Shown: positions 54,797-63,557, counted from the stretch's first letter. The stretch is DNA of 64,000 nt from an uncultured Mycoplasmatota bacterium (GCA_900546715.1 UREA01000001.1:9141-73140), one strand, 5' to 3'. Notes: generated from the sequence alone by a model not told the origin. Numbers and translations are program-made.

Positions 54797-57604
54797 TTAT
54801 AGCATCTTTTTCAAAAATTCACCAGTATATGAACTTTTACATTTAGCTACTTCTTCTGGAGTACCTGTAGCAATAATTTTTCCACCTAGGGAACCACCAT
54901 CTGGACCTAAATCAATTATATGATCTGCTACTTTAATAACATCTAAGTTATGTTCAATTACTATAACAGTATCCCCGTTATCAACAATTCTATTTAATAT
55001 TACTAATAATTTTTTTATATCATCAGTGTGAAGTCCTGTAGTTGGTTCATCAAGAATAAATAATGATTTACCAGTAGCTTTCTTTTGTAATTCTTTAGCT
55101 AGTTTTACTCTTCCAGCTTCTCCTCCTGATAAATTAGGTGCAGGTTCTCCTAATTTAATATAAGAAAGACCAACATCATCCATAACTTTTAATTTATTAT
55201 AAATTTTTGGAACATTTTCAAAAAATTCTAAAGCTTCACTAACTCGCATATCTAAAACTTCACTAATATTTTTTCCTTTATATTTAATATCTAGTGTTTC
55301 CTTATTATATCTTTTTCCTTTACATACATCACAAGGGACATAAACATCTGCTAAAAAATGCATTTCAATTTTCTTAACACCATCACCCCAACAAGCCTCA
55401 CATCTACCTCCCTTTACATTAAAGGAAAATCTACCTTTATCATAGCCTCTTAATTTAGCTTCTTTAGTTTGAGCAAATATATCTCTTATATCATCAAATA
55501 CTCCAACATATGTTGCAGGATTACTTCTTGGGGTTCTACCAATGGCATCTTGAGTAATTTGGACTACTTTATCAATATTTTCAAGTCCTACAATATCTTT
55601 GTGTTTTCCCGGAACAACTTTACTTTTATATAATTTATTAGCTAAAGTTTTATATAATACTTCATTAATTAAAGATGATTTACCAGAACCTGATACACCA
55701 GTTACCACAATAAATTTATTTAAAGGAATATCAACAGAAACATTTTTTAAATTATTTTCTTTAGCACCTTTAATACTAATCTTTAAACCATTACCTTTTC
55801 TTCTTTTCTTAGGTACTTCTATTTTTAATTCTCCTGATAAATATTTACCAGTTAAGCTATTTGGATTATGCATAACTTCTTCTGGTGTGCCTACAGCCAT
55901 TACTTGACCACCGAACTCACCTGCTCCAGGACCTATATCAATTAAATAATCTGCAGCAAGCATGGTATCTGTATCATGCTCTACAACTATTAAAGAATTA
56001 CCTAAATCACGCATTTCTTTTAAAGAATTAATTAGTTTTTCATTATCTTTTTGATGAAGCCCTATACTTGGTTCATCTAAAACATATAAAACCCCAGATA
56101 ACCTCGAACCAATTTGAGTTGCTAGTCTTATTCTTTGTGCTTCACCACCAGATAAAGTTCCAGCACTACGAGTTAAAGTAAGATATGATAAACCAACATT
56201 ATTTAAAAATTCGAGTCTTGATATAATTTCTTTTAAAATAAGTTCACTAATTTCTTTTTGTTCATTATTTAACTTTAATTTTCTAACAAATTCCAGTAAA
56301 TCTCCAATTGACATATCACATAAATCATAAATATTTTTACCATTTATATAAACAGATAAAACAGACCTTTTAAGTCTTTTTCCCTTACAAACAGGACAAG
56401 CGGTCTCAACCATAAATCCTTGTAACCAGTCTCTAATCCAACCACTTTTAGTTTCTAAATATCTTCTTTCAAGTGTGGGTATTATTCCTTCATAAGTACC
56501 TTTAGTATTTCTCGTATTACCATTTTTAGAAACATAGTTATATTCTAGTATTTCATCTGTTCCATATAATAAATAATCTAATTTTTCTTTTGGTATATCT
56601 TTTACTTTAGCTGTCATATCAATGCCATAATAATCACATACAGCACTAACTTGGGTAAAATAAGTTGTTGAATCCATACTTATACCATTTATTGCTCCAT
56701 CCATTATGGATTTATTAGGATCTGGTATAAGCAACTCTTCACTAATTTTTTGTTTAGTACCTAAACCTTTACATTCTTCGCAAGCACCATATGGAGCATT
56801 AAAAGAAAAAAGTCTTGGCTCAAGTTCAGGAATCGAATAGTTACATTTTAAACAAGCATATTTCTCACTCATAAGTATTTCTTCATCCTGAACTAAAATA
56901 ACTACTTTACCATCAGCCCTTTTAGTAGATGCTTCAATTGCTTCAAAAACCCGTGATCTTTCAACATCAGCAATAGTTATTTTATCCATAACAATATCAA
57001 TATTATCTTTTTTATTTTTTTCTAGTTCAATATCCTCATTTAAACTCATAATTTTACCATTAACACGAACTTTTGAAAAACCATCTTTACGAAGTTCATC
57101 AAATAAATCTTTATGAGTTCCCTTTTCCCCATGAACTATCGGAGATAATATTGTTACAGTAAGTCCTTCATACTCCATTACTTTATTAGTCATTTCTTCA
57201 ATACTTTGACTAGTAATTGGTATATGATGATTTGGACAATATGGTATTCCAATCCGTGCAAATAACAATCTTAAATAATCATATATTTCCGTAATTGTCC
57301 CAACAGTAGAACGCGGATTTTTATTAGTTGATTTTTGATCTATAGAAATTGAAGGACTTAAACCTTCAATAGAATCAACATCAGGCTTTTCTGATACCCC
57401 AATAAACTGTCTCGCATAAGCGGATAAACTTTCCACATATCTTCTTTGACCTTCCGCATAAATAGTATCAAAAGCTAAACTACTTTTGCCACTACCTGAT
57501 ACACCAGTCATTACTACTAATTTATTTTTAGGTATCTCTATGTCTATATTTTTCAAATTATTTTCTCTAGCACCTTTTATTACTATTTTATCATTATTTG
57601 ACAT
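54797..57604 (-). CDS. uvrA: Excinuclease ABC subunit A
   Basis: From ATG 57604: MSNNDKIVIKGARENNLKNIDIEIP. Two ABC modules (GVSGSGKSSL twice; LSGGEAQR / LSGGEAGR) and zinc-finger Cys pairs. The track N-terminal extension was rejected. Confidence 0.95.
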   Translation of the reverse strand: MSNNDKIVIKGARENNLKNIDIEIPKNKLVVMTGVSGSGKSSLAFDTIYAEGQRRYVESLSAYARQFIGVSEKPDVDSIEGLSPSISIDQKSTNKNPRSTVGTITEIYDYLRLLFARIGIPYCPNHHIPITSQSIEEMTNKVMEYEGLTVTILSPIVHGEKGTHKDLFDELRKDGFSKVRVNGKIMSLNEDIELEKNKKDNIDIVMDKITIADVERSRVFEAIEASTKRADGKVVILVQDEEILMSEKYACLKCNYSIPELEPRLFSFNAPYGACEECKGLGTKQKISEELLIPDPNKSIMDGAINGISMDSTTYFTQVSAVCDYYGIDMTAKVKDIPKEKLDYLLYGTDEILEYNYVSKNGNTRNTKGTYEGIIPTLERRYLETKSGWIRDWLQGFMVETACPVCKGKRLKRSVLSVYINGKNIYDLCDMSIGDLLEFVRKLKLNNEQKEISELILKEIISRLEFLNNVGLSYLTLTRSAGTLSGGEAQRIRLATQIGSRLSGVLYVLDEPSIGLHQKDNEKLINSLKEMRDLGNSLIVVEHDTDTMLAADYLIDIGPGAGEFGGQVMAVGTPEEVMHNPNSLTGKYLSGELKIEVPKKRRKGNGLKISIKGAKENNLKNVSVDIPLNKFIVVTGVSGSGKSSLINEVLYKTLANKLYKSKVVPGKHKDIVGLENIDKVVQITQDAIGRTPRSNPATYVGVFDDIRDIFAQTKEAKLRGYDKGRFSFNVKGGRCEACWGDGVKKIEMHFLADVYVPCDVCKGKRYNKETLDIKYKGKNISEVLDMRVSEALEFFENVPKIYNKLKVMDDVGLSYIKLGEPAPNLSGGEAGRVKLAKELQKKATGKSLFILDEPTTGLHTDDIKKLLVILNRIVDNGDTVIVIEHNLDVIKVADHIIDLGPDGGSLGGKIIATGTPEEVAKCKSSYTGEFLKKML

Positions 57605-57668
57605 AATATGCTCCTTTCTTGCATTAATTATTCTATCACAAAACATTGTGATAATACAATCATTTTTT

Positions 57669-57686
57669 AACAAACTTTAGTTTGTT
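57669..57686. promoter_or_regulatory. Perfect 8-bp-arm palindrome upstream of uvrA, a possible variant LexA (Cheo-like) box
   Basis: AACAAACT-TT-AGTTTGTT. The core CAAAC-TTTA-GTTTG differs from Firmicute CGAAC-N4-GTTCG by one symmetric change per half-site. Lies 65-82 nt upstream of the uvrA start. Confidence 0.3.
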
Positions 57687-57727
57687 TTGCACTTTACATC
57701 CAAAAATGTAAATGCCGCGTTTTGAAT

Positions 57728-57756
57728 TTGACAAAACGAGCATTTTATGGTAAAAT
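57728..57756 (+). promoter_or_regulatory. Sigma-A promoter of the 57807-59339 gene
   Basis: TTGACA (57728-57733), 17 nt, TGgTAAAAT (extended -10, 57751-57756). Confidence 0.6.
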
Positions 57757-57806
57757 AATGTGGACTTAAGAAATATAGGTTTTCCTATTATAAAGGGGGT
57801 ACTGAT

Positions 57807-59339
57807 ATGTACGAAGAAGGAAACAAAAAATTAAGTTTAGATTGGGGATCACTAGCTATTAAATTAATTATTTTAGCAGTGGTAGTATTTATAGTCTGTT
57901 TGATTATAACTAAGGTAGTTGGAAACAATAATGAATCAACCAATACTTTAGCTATGGGAGATAACGACTATATCAATAATATTAACACAATGAAAGATGC
58001 GGCGTTTGAATATTTCACATTATCAAACTTACCAGAAAAAATCGGTGGTTCTGAAGAATTAACTTTAGGACAAATGGTTAATCAAAAATTATTAATCGAT
58101 TTTACTAACGATGGTGAAGTATGTGATCTTGATGAAAGTTACATTCGAGCTACCAAGACCAGTGATGGTAACTACGCATTAAAAGTTAATTTGGAATGTA
58201 ATGATAAATCAGACTTTATTGTTACAACAATTGAACAAAGTTCTTGTGTAGTTAATGGTGATTGTGATAATACTAATAATGACGTTGTAATTGATGATGA
58301 TAATGATAACAACAATAGCGGAAACAACAGCAGCGGAAGTTCAAATAATGGTTCTAGTAGCTCAAATAACAGCTCTAGTTCAAGTACATCTTCATCAAGC
58401 AAAACTACAGTTAAGGTTACTACTACAGTTAAAATTAATATTAAATGGAGTGCTAGCGGAGGATGTAATTCAGGTTGTATTATTATAGATAATGATAACA
58501 ATAACAATAATAACAATAATAATAATAATAACAACAATAACAACAATAATAACCCAAGTGAACCTGAAGAACCAAATGAACCAACAACTCCAGAAGAACC
58601 TGAAACTGTAAGATGGTATAAACATGTAAGATGGTCTGACTGGTCTGATGGTTATTCAAATGCTGATGGAGCAGAAAACAGATCAACTACAAAAACAACT
58701 TATAACTATTGTAAATTAACTGAAAAAACATATTATACAGATAGTTATGTATCAACAACTGATAACTATCCAATGACTTACAATTATGAATTACAAATAT
58801 TAGATATAGATCCAAATGACATTGTTGATGGATCAATGGATTTAGTAAGTTCATCTTATTTCTCAAGTGGTACAACCGATTATCAAGCATACTTAGATCA
58901 AAGAGATAGATTCTTAGCTATGACTGGTAATACCGGAGAATACGATTCTGAAATGTCTAGTGCTAGTGCTATGAGAAATGCAGCACTTAAGAGTAATAAC
59001 TTTACATTTAGATTAAGTGATATTTATCTATCTGGTGATTATTATAGAACTCGTGTAACAATTAATTATCGTAATCATAGTGGTGTAAGTCCATACTATT
59101 CTAATAATTTAGGATTTTACATTTACAGTGTTCCAGTTAAATTTGTAGTTGAATATGCTGATAAATCTGATTGTGTAAGAGATACAGCAGAAAACAGTAG
59201 TAAATATCCTGGATATATTAAAACTGATCCTCAAAAAGAAACAACTTGGGAACATAGAATACCAGAATATAAATGGACAACTAATAGAACAGAAAGTGGT
59301 TGGACATACACAGGTGTTTACGAAGATAGAGAAGTTTAA
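57807..59339 (+). CDS. Membrane-anchored protein with Ser/Asn-rich and poly-Asn low-complexity linker
   Basis: 510 aa. TM (LAIKLIILAVVVFIVCLIIT), a globular ~130-aa domain, a Ser/Asn tract and a run of about 20 Asn, a Pro/Glu linker, and a ~250-aa C-terminal domain with no motif recognised. Confidence 0.65.
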   Translation: MYEEGNKKLSLDWGSLAIKLIILAVVVFIVCLIITKVVGNNNESTNTLAMGDNDYINNINTMKDAAFEYFTLSNLPEKIGGSEELTLGQMVNQKLLIDFTNDGEVCDLDESYIRATKTSDGNYALKVNLECNDKSDFIVTTIEQSSCVVNGDCDNTNNDVVIDDDNDNNNSGNNSSGSSNNGSSSSNNSSSSSTSSSSKTTVKVTTTVKINIKWSASGGCNSGCIIIDNDNNNNNNNNNNNNNNNNNNNPSEPEEPNEPTTPEEPETVRWYKHVRWSDWSDGYSNADGAENRSTTKTTYNYCKLTEKTYYTDSYVSTTDNYPMTYNYELQILDIDPNDIVDGSMDLVSSSYFSSGTTDYQAYLDQRDRFLAMTGNTGEYDSEMSSASAMRNAALKSNNFTFRLSDIYLSGDYYRTRVTINYRNHSGVSPYYSNNLGFYIYSVPVKFVVEYADKSDCVRDTAENSSKYPGYIKTDPQKETTWEHRIPEYKWTTNRTESGWTYTGVYEDREV

Positions 59340-59350
59340 TTGCAATTATA

Positions 59351-59385
59351 AAACTCTTCATAAAAATAATATGAAGAGTTTTTTA
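59351..59385 (+). terminator. Rho-independent terminator
   Basis: AAACTCTTCAT-loop-ATGAAGAGTTT followed by TTTT. Confidence 0.7.
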
Positions 59386-59404
59386 TTCTATAAAAACAAT
59401 AAAT

Positions 59405-59427
59405 TAAAAAAGCCATTTGAATGGCTT
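59405..59427 (-). terminator. Rho-independent terminator at the end of the filament-like cluster
   Basis: Minus strand AGCCAT-TCAA-ATGGCT followed by TTTTTT. Confidence 0.6.
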
Positions 59428-59443
59428 CATTTTTAATTAATTA

Positions 59444-59791
59444 TTATTCATTTAAAGCACTATATGCGCCACTACAAGTATCACCGCCAGGGTTAGATAT
59501 ACATGATCTACAAATTGCAGAATCATCATTAACCGAAGTATCAACTACTCCAATTACAAATGATACAACAGTTGGAACAAAGAAAATACAAACTGCAGCA
59601 CCAATACGCATTGCTAATGATTTTACTGATTTTGATATAGCTTTATCATCACTTGATACAACCGCTTTTCCTAAATCTATCATTCCTAGTACAATTAGTA
59701 TTATTGGAATAGCAATTTTAAAAACCATTAAAAAATATCCTACCAGCCGCCATATATTAGCAGTTTCTGCACAAAAAACATCTGGTGTCAT
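59444..59791 (-). CDS. Small 2-TM protein with Cys-rich tail (paralog of 59866-60234), VirB2/Maff2-like architecture
   Basis: From ATG 59791 (GAGGAG 5 nt upstream): MTPDVFCAETANIWRLVGYFLMVFKIAIPIILIVLGMIDLGKAVVSSDDKAISKS..IFFVPTVVSFVIGVV..CRSCISNPGGDTC. Shares IW.(L/I)VGY, IDLGKAVVSSD and IFF(V/I)PT with its neighbour. Confidence 0.6.
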   Translation of the reverse strand: MTPDVFCAETANIWRLVGYFLMVFKIAIPIILIVLGMIDLGKAVVSSDDKAISKSVKSLAMRIGAAVCIFFVPTVVSFVIGVVDTSVNDDSAICRSCISNPGGDTCSGAYSALNE

Positions 59792-59865
59792 ACACACACT
59801 CCTCTCATTACATAATCTTATTTTACGATAAAATCCTTATAAAGTCAACATTTATCCCGCAATTT

Positions 59866-60234
59866 CTATCCTACTGGATAAATCGCATCATTATTTAAAT
59901 CATTTGGATCATATGAAGTATCACATGAATCTGGATGTGTTAAACAATTAAAACAATTCTCATAATCAGCATGCATTTCTTCCGACAATCCTCCAACAAC
60001 ATCAAATATAAAATCAATAATTGTAGGAATAAAGAAAATACATATACCAAGTATAATTCTTTTAACTAAATTTCCTCCAGCATCTTTTATAATCTTTTGA
60101 TCACTTGATACAACCGCTTTTCCTAAATCAATAATACCTAAAATAATAATTACAAGAGGTATCACAATTTTTACAATAACAATTATATACCCTACTATTT
60201 GCCATATTCTAGCACTTTTATAACAAAAATTCAT
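59866..60234 (-). CDS. Small 2-TM protein with Cys-rich tail (paralog of 59444-59791)
   Basis: 122 aa. AGGAGG RBS. ..IWQIVGYIIVIVKIVIPLVIIILGIIDLGKAVVSSDQKII..CIFFIPTIIDFIFDVV..CFNCLTHPDSC. Confidence 0.65.
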   Translation of the reverse strand: MNFCYKSARIWQIVGYIIVIVKIVIPLVIIILGIIDLGKAVVSSDQKIIKDAGGNLVKRIILGICIFFIPTIIDFIFDVVGGLSEEMHADYENCFNCLTHPDSCDTSYDPNDLNNDAIYPVG

Positions 60235-60247
60235 AACCTAAAACCTC

Positions 60248-61237
60248 CTATTTAAAGATACTAAATAATCCCGAACTACCTTTTTGATCTATTCTACTAA
60301 AACCTAATGCTGATAAAAAGGCATTAAGAATTGGTTGATTATCCAATTTATCATCTAAATAAGGTAAATTGAAAAATACTTTACTACCACTTTCTTTTTC
60401 AAAATCTTCAACATCTTTATCACTTAATACACTTCTATTTAATACTATTTTCTTACCTCGTAATTTTTCAAATATTTCATTATCTTTTCTAATTAATTTA
60501 TTAAGTTGTATTCTTCCCGGTTCAATTAAATAAACTATATCATGACAATAATTTTCCACAGATGAATCATTTAAATCCACAAGTATTGCATCGCAATCAA
60601 TATTCTGCGCCAAAAAATCGTTAAATGTTACACTTGAGACACTTTCTAAAGAATCATCATTAAAAAATATAAAATCATTCCCATCAACTTCCACTGCTTT
60701 TACTTTATAATTAGCCTCTAAATGTAATTTAAGTAAATAAACTAGTGTAGTAGCTCCAGCATGTTCAGTAACATTCTTAAATCCAATTATCTTTTGACCA
60801 ATTTTTCCTTTAGTATTATCCTTAACATTTTCATTTAATGCTGGTTTTTCAAAACCATTTATATTATGATATTTAGCTACATCTTTATAAGAATTAGGAT
60901 TATTAATTAAGTAATTAATATCATTTACATTAGTTGCAAAATTATATATTCCCATTGATACTAATTGGGATAAATACACTGGAGAATTAACTGTTTCAGA
61001 ATCATCTAATAATAAAATTATTTTTGATGTATCAAAATTTACTGATAAATTTTGAATAACACTAATATTTTGATAATCCCTTATTGCAGTTATATCAATA
61101 ATCATTTTGTTATAATAAAAATTTGCAAATTGAGCAATCAATTCATCAACACTAAATTCTCCCTGAATATTTTTTATAACATCTATATCCAAACTAGAAA
61201 GTAATGCTTGATATTTATTTGCTATAATTACATTCAT
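60248..61237 (-). CDS. CpaE/TadZ-like protein: receiver-like N-domain plus ParA/MinD-fold domain lacking the Walker A lysine
   Basis: From ATG 61237 (AAGGTGA upstream). The C-terminal half follows the MinD/ParA strand-loop-helix pattern, but the P-loop position reads NVTEHAGATTLVYLL instead of KGGxGK[ST]T. Later AILVDLND and KIVLNRS segments match the fold. Confidence 0.5.
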   Translation of the reverse strand: MNVIIANKYQALLSSLDIDVIKNIQGEFSVDELIAQFANFYYNKMIIDITAIRDYQNISVIQNLSVNFDTSKIILLLDDSETVNSPVYLSQLVSMGIYNFATNVNDINYLINNPNSYKDVAKYHNINGFEKPALNENVKDNTKGKIGQKIIGFKNVTEHAGATTLVYLLKLHLEANYKVKAVEVDGNDFIFFNDDSLESVSSVTFNDFLAQNIDCDAILVDLNDSSVENYCHDIVYLIEPGRIQLNKLIRKDNEIFEKLRGKKIVLNRSVLSDKDVEDFEKESGSKVFFNLPYLDDKLDNQPILNAFLSALGFSRIDQKGSSGLFSIFK

Positions 61238-61241
61238 ATAT

Positions 61242-61712
61242 TCACCTTCTTTCATCTATTATTTGTGAGTTACTTCCCATAAAGTTATCAGTTCTACCTG
61301 TTATGGGAAATACACTAATTTGCCCTAAAAATGGCAATGAAAACTCATAAAATACTTTTATTTCATAATATTCATCATCTTCAACAGTTTTATATCTTTT
61401 AAAACAAAAATTATATCTTTTTCCATCTTGGGCTTCTTCATAATCACCTTCAAAGTTAGTAACACCATACCAGCCATCATCACCTTGAGGACAAGCACCA
61501 GTATTATTATAACCTTCACCTCTAAGAACATTATTTAATAAAGACATTGATTCATCTGTTATTCCTTCATGTATTTCAATAATTGAAACCATACTATTCT
61601 TAACTCGATATGCTTTATTATAATTAAGTACTAATGTTAAAAAACAAGCAAAAATAAGTATAAATAGTATCATTATTTGAAATACCCAGGTAGAACCACT
61701 TACCTCTCTCAT
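61242..61712 (-). CDS. TadE-like / pseudopilin-like protein (N-terminal hydrophobic helix)
   Basis: From ATG 61712: MREVSGSTWVFQIMILFILIFACFLTLVLNYNKAY... Paralogous to the N-terminal ~170 aa of 61715-63271 (CP.G.DG..., YY.(V/I)K(V/L)F..). Confidence 0.5.
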   Translation of the reverse strand: MREVSGSTWVFQIMILFILIFACFLTLVLNYNKAYRVKNSMVSIIEIHEGITDESMSLLNNVLRGEGYNNTGACPQGDDGWYGVTNFEGDYEEAQDGKRYNFCFKRYKTVEDDEYYEIKVFYEFSLPFLGQISVFPITGRTDNFMGSNSQIIDERR

Positions 61713-61714
61713 GA

Positions 61715-63271
61715 TTAAAAACCATCCCAAAATGACGAATAATAATATCCACAGGTTCCAGTTGATGCTGTACCATAATCAAAGTGCCACCATTCACTTC
61801 CCATCGGTTTAGCTCCAGCACTAGTAAAATAGCCTCGTAAAACGTTTGAATTTGAATTTGTTGCACTAGCTAAAGGGCTAATTTCGTGCATAGCTGAAGG
61901 CATATCTTTACCAGCTAGTGAAACATCTACAGCACATGCTCTATTGTGATTAGATGAATTACCAGCTAAAAAGTTAGACAATCCGCTAGGCAAACTATAT
62001 CCTGCTGCTCTAAAATTATTTGAAAGTTCGGTGCTTCCCATTACCGTTGATTGATAATAAGGCATTATTTTATTAGAAATAGTTTGAGGACGATATGTTT
62101 CATAAATAACTAATGTATCTCCACCATTATTGGCATTTAACGCTGCTTGTCCAACAATTTTTGCAAAATTATATTGTAAAGGACTTATTGTCATTCCACT
62201 ATATAATTTTCTTCCCGTAACGTTAGTTATATTTTGTCCATAAACTTTGAAAATACTAGAAGAATTTTTAGTGATATTCATTTGGACTTTAGCACCAATT
62301 TTTTGAGCATAACCACCAAAATCAATACCTAAATTAGCACCATTTGCCCAACCACATTGACCCTCATAGTTAATATACCATCTTGTATCATCACCAGATG
62401 CAGTACCTTGTATGGTAAATACTGTACCTGGGGTCATTCTCGTAATTTGTGTTGCTAATTCTGGTTCGGTAAATAATAATCCATAATTTCCTTGTGATTG
62501 TCCAGAACCTAAAGTAACACCTTGAACTCCTGCTAGTTTAGTATCAAGATTTAATCCTTCAGTATTACAAGTAAGTTGTGGTGTTTCCCCTTCTTCCTCT
62601 TCAACTGGTTCTTCTGTTGTACTGCCTCCACCAGAAGAGCTTACACCAGGATTTCGAACCGGATTAACATTACTATCATCACCTCTAGTAGGTTCTCTAC
62701 TATCTAGATTACCTTGATTTCTGTATGGGGAATTAGGTAACTCTTTTTTTTCACTAGAACTAACTATAATATTATCATCAATATCTTCTATAGTATTATA
62801 AATAATTCTTGTTTCTCCAACAGTTTTAAAATTAAATATTTGTTTAAATACGGGTATATCTAATTGAAAAAATAAAACCACTTTATAATATTTACCATCA
62901 ACAAAGTCATTTTGAGCAAAACCACTAAAGGCTTTATCTAAACCACCAGTAACATCTACCTCACTTATACATACAGCAGCATCACTACTATTGCTTCCAA
63001 CAGAATTTCCAGCTCTATCAAAACCATCATATCCATCAGGACATTTTCCTGAAGTACGATATGATGTTTCTTGAATAACTTTAACTATTTCTTCATTTAA
63101 ATCAGCACCATCTGTATAATTACCATCTAATGCTTCTATTGCATTTACAATAGAATCTTTTACCCCAAAAGCATTAGAATTATTTATAGTTAATGCCATT
63201 ATCGCCGTAAACAATAAAACAAATAAAATAAATATTTGAAATATTGTTGTAATACTTATAGATTCTCTCAT
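61715..63271 (-). CDS. TadE-like N-terminal module fused to an SH3b-like domain and an M15 (VanY-type) peptidoglycan peptidase
   Basis: 518 aa. MRESISITTIFQIFILFVLLFTAIMAL.. N-terminus, Gly/Ser/Glu linker, SH3b-like GTVFTIQGTASGDDTRWYINYEGQCGWANGANL. M15 motifs YETYRPQ, SSNHNRACAVD (SxHxxGxAxD register) and EWWHFDY. Confidence 0.7.
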   Translation of the reverse strand: MRESISITTIFQIFILFVLLFTAIMALTINNSNAFGVKDSIVNAIEALDGNYTDGADLNEEIVKVIQETSYRTSGKCPDGYDGFDRAGNSVGSNSSDAAVCISEVDVTGGLDKAFSGFAQNDFVDGKYYKVVLFFQLDIPVFKQIFNFKTVGETRIIYNTIEDIDDNIIVSSSEKKELPNSPYRNQGNLDSREPTRGDDSNVNPVRNPGVSSSGGGSTTEEPVEEEEGETPQLTCNTEGLNLDTKLAGVQGVTLGSGQSQGNYGLLFTEPELATQITRMTPGTVFTIQGTASGDDTRWYINYEGQCGWANGANLGIDFGGYAQKIGAKVQMNITKNSSSIFKVYGQNITNVTGRKLYSGMTISPLQYNFAKIVGQAALNANNGGDTLVIYETYRPQTISNKIMPYYQSTVMGSTELSNNFRAAGYSLPSGLSNFLAGNSSNHNRACAVDVSLAGKDMPSAMHEISPLASATNSNSNVLRGYFTSAGAKPMGSEWWHFDYGTASTGTCGYYYSSFWDGF

Positions 63272-63279
63272 TTACATCC

Positions 63280-63525
63280 CTATCCTTTATATAAACATCT
63301 CATATCATCATATTCTACGCCATCAACAACACAGCCTTGACAATATTCAATACCATCAACAACTACTCTATTGCTACAATCACATGCGGCTTTAGAGCAT
63401 TGAGATTTAACAGTAAAATTAGCATTTAATATTGGCCAAAGGAAATAGAAAAAAAAGGTCAATAAGACCCCAACAGAAATTACTACAACCATAGTCATGT
63501 TTAAATCTTGCGTAGCCTCTTTCAT
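63280..63525 (-). CDS. Short Cys-rich pilin-like protein (paralog 2)
   Basis: 81 aa. MKEATQDLNMTMVVVISVGVLLTFFFYFLWPIL, then 7 Cys in 45 residues. Confidence 0.55.
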   Translation of the reverse strand: MKEATQDLNMTMVVVISVGVLLTFFFYFLWPILNANFTVKSQCSKAACDCSNRVVVDGIEYCQGCVVDGVEYDDMRCLYKG

Positions 63526-63557
63526 AACTTAAAACCTTTCTTTCTAAATTCATTAAA

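Noticed and set aside
484-57680. Track ORFs lying antisense or out of frame inside well-supported genes: 484-702, 1144-1365, 2025-2336, 7731-8021, 8887-9126, 15147-15377, 20732-21112, 25009-25218, 26766-27011, 30407-30601, 32343-32552, 36753-37079, 37602-37784, 42928-43179, 46104-46331, 46953-47201, 50151-50429, 50697-50891, 55599-55907, 57486-57680.
   Set aside because: Each is fully embedded in a longer ORF with clear family motifs on the other strand. They have no RBS and their low-complexity composition is typical of shadow ORFs in AT-rich DNA.
58172-59345. Minus-strand and alternative-frame ORFs 58172-58546 (poly-Leu), 58291-58488, 58483-58686, 58687-58890 and 59109-59345.
   Set aside because: They are reverse or shifted readings of the Ser/Asn/AAY repeat region of the 510-aa plus-strand gene. 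That gene has a consensus promoter, an RBS and a terminator.
59421-59831. Plus-strand ORF 59421-59831 overlapping the minus-strand ORF 59444-59797.
   Set aside because: The minus-strand reading has a GAGGAG RBS and is a clear paralog of the adjacent 59866-60234 protein. The plus-strand product has no such support.
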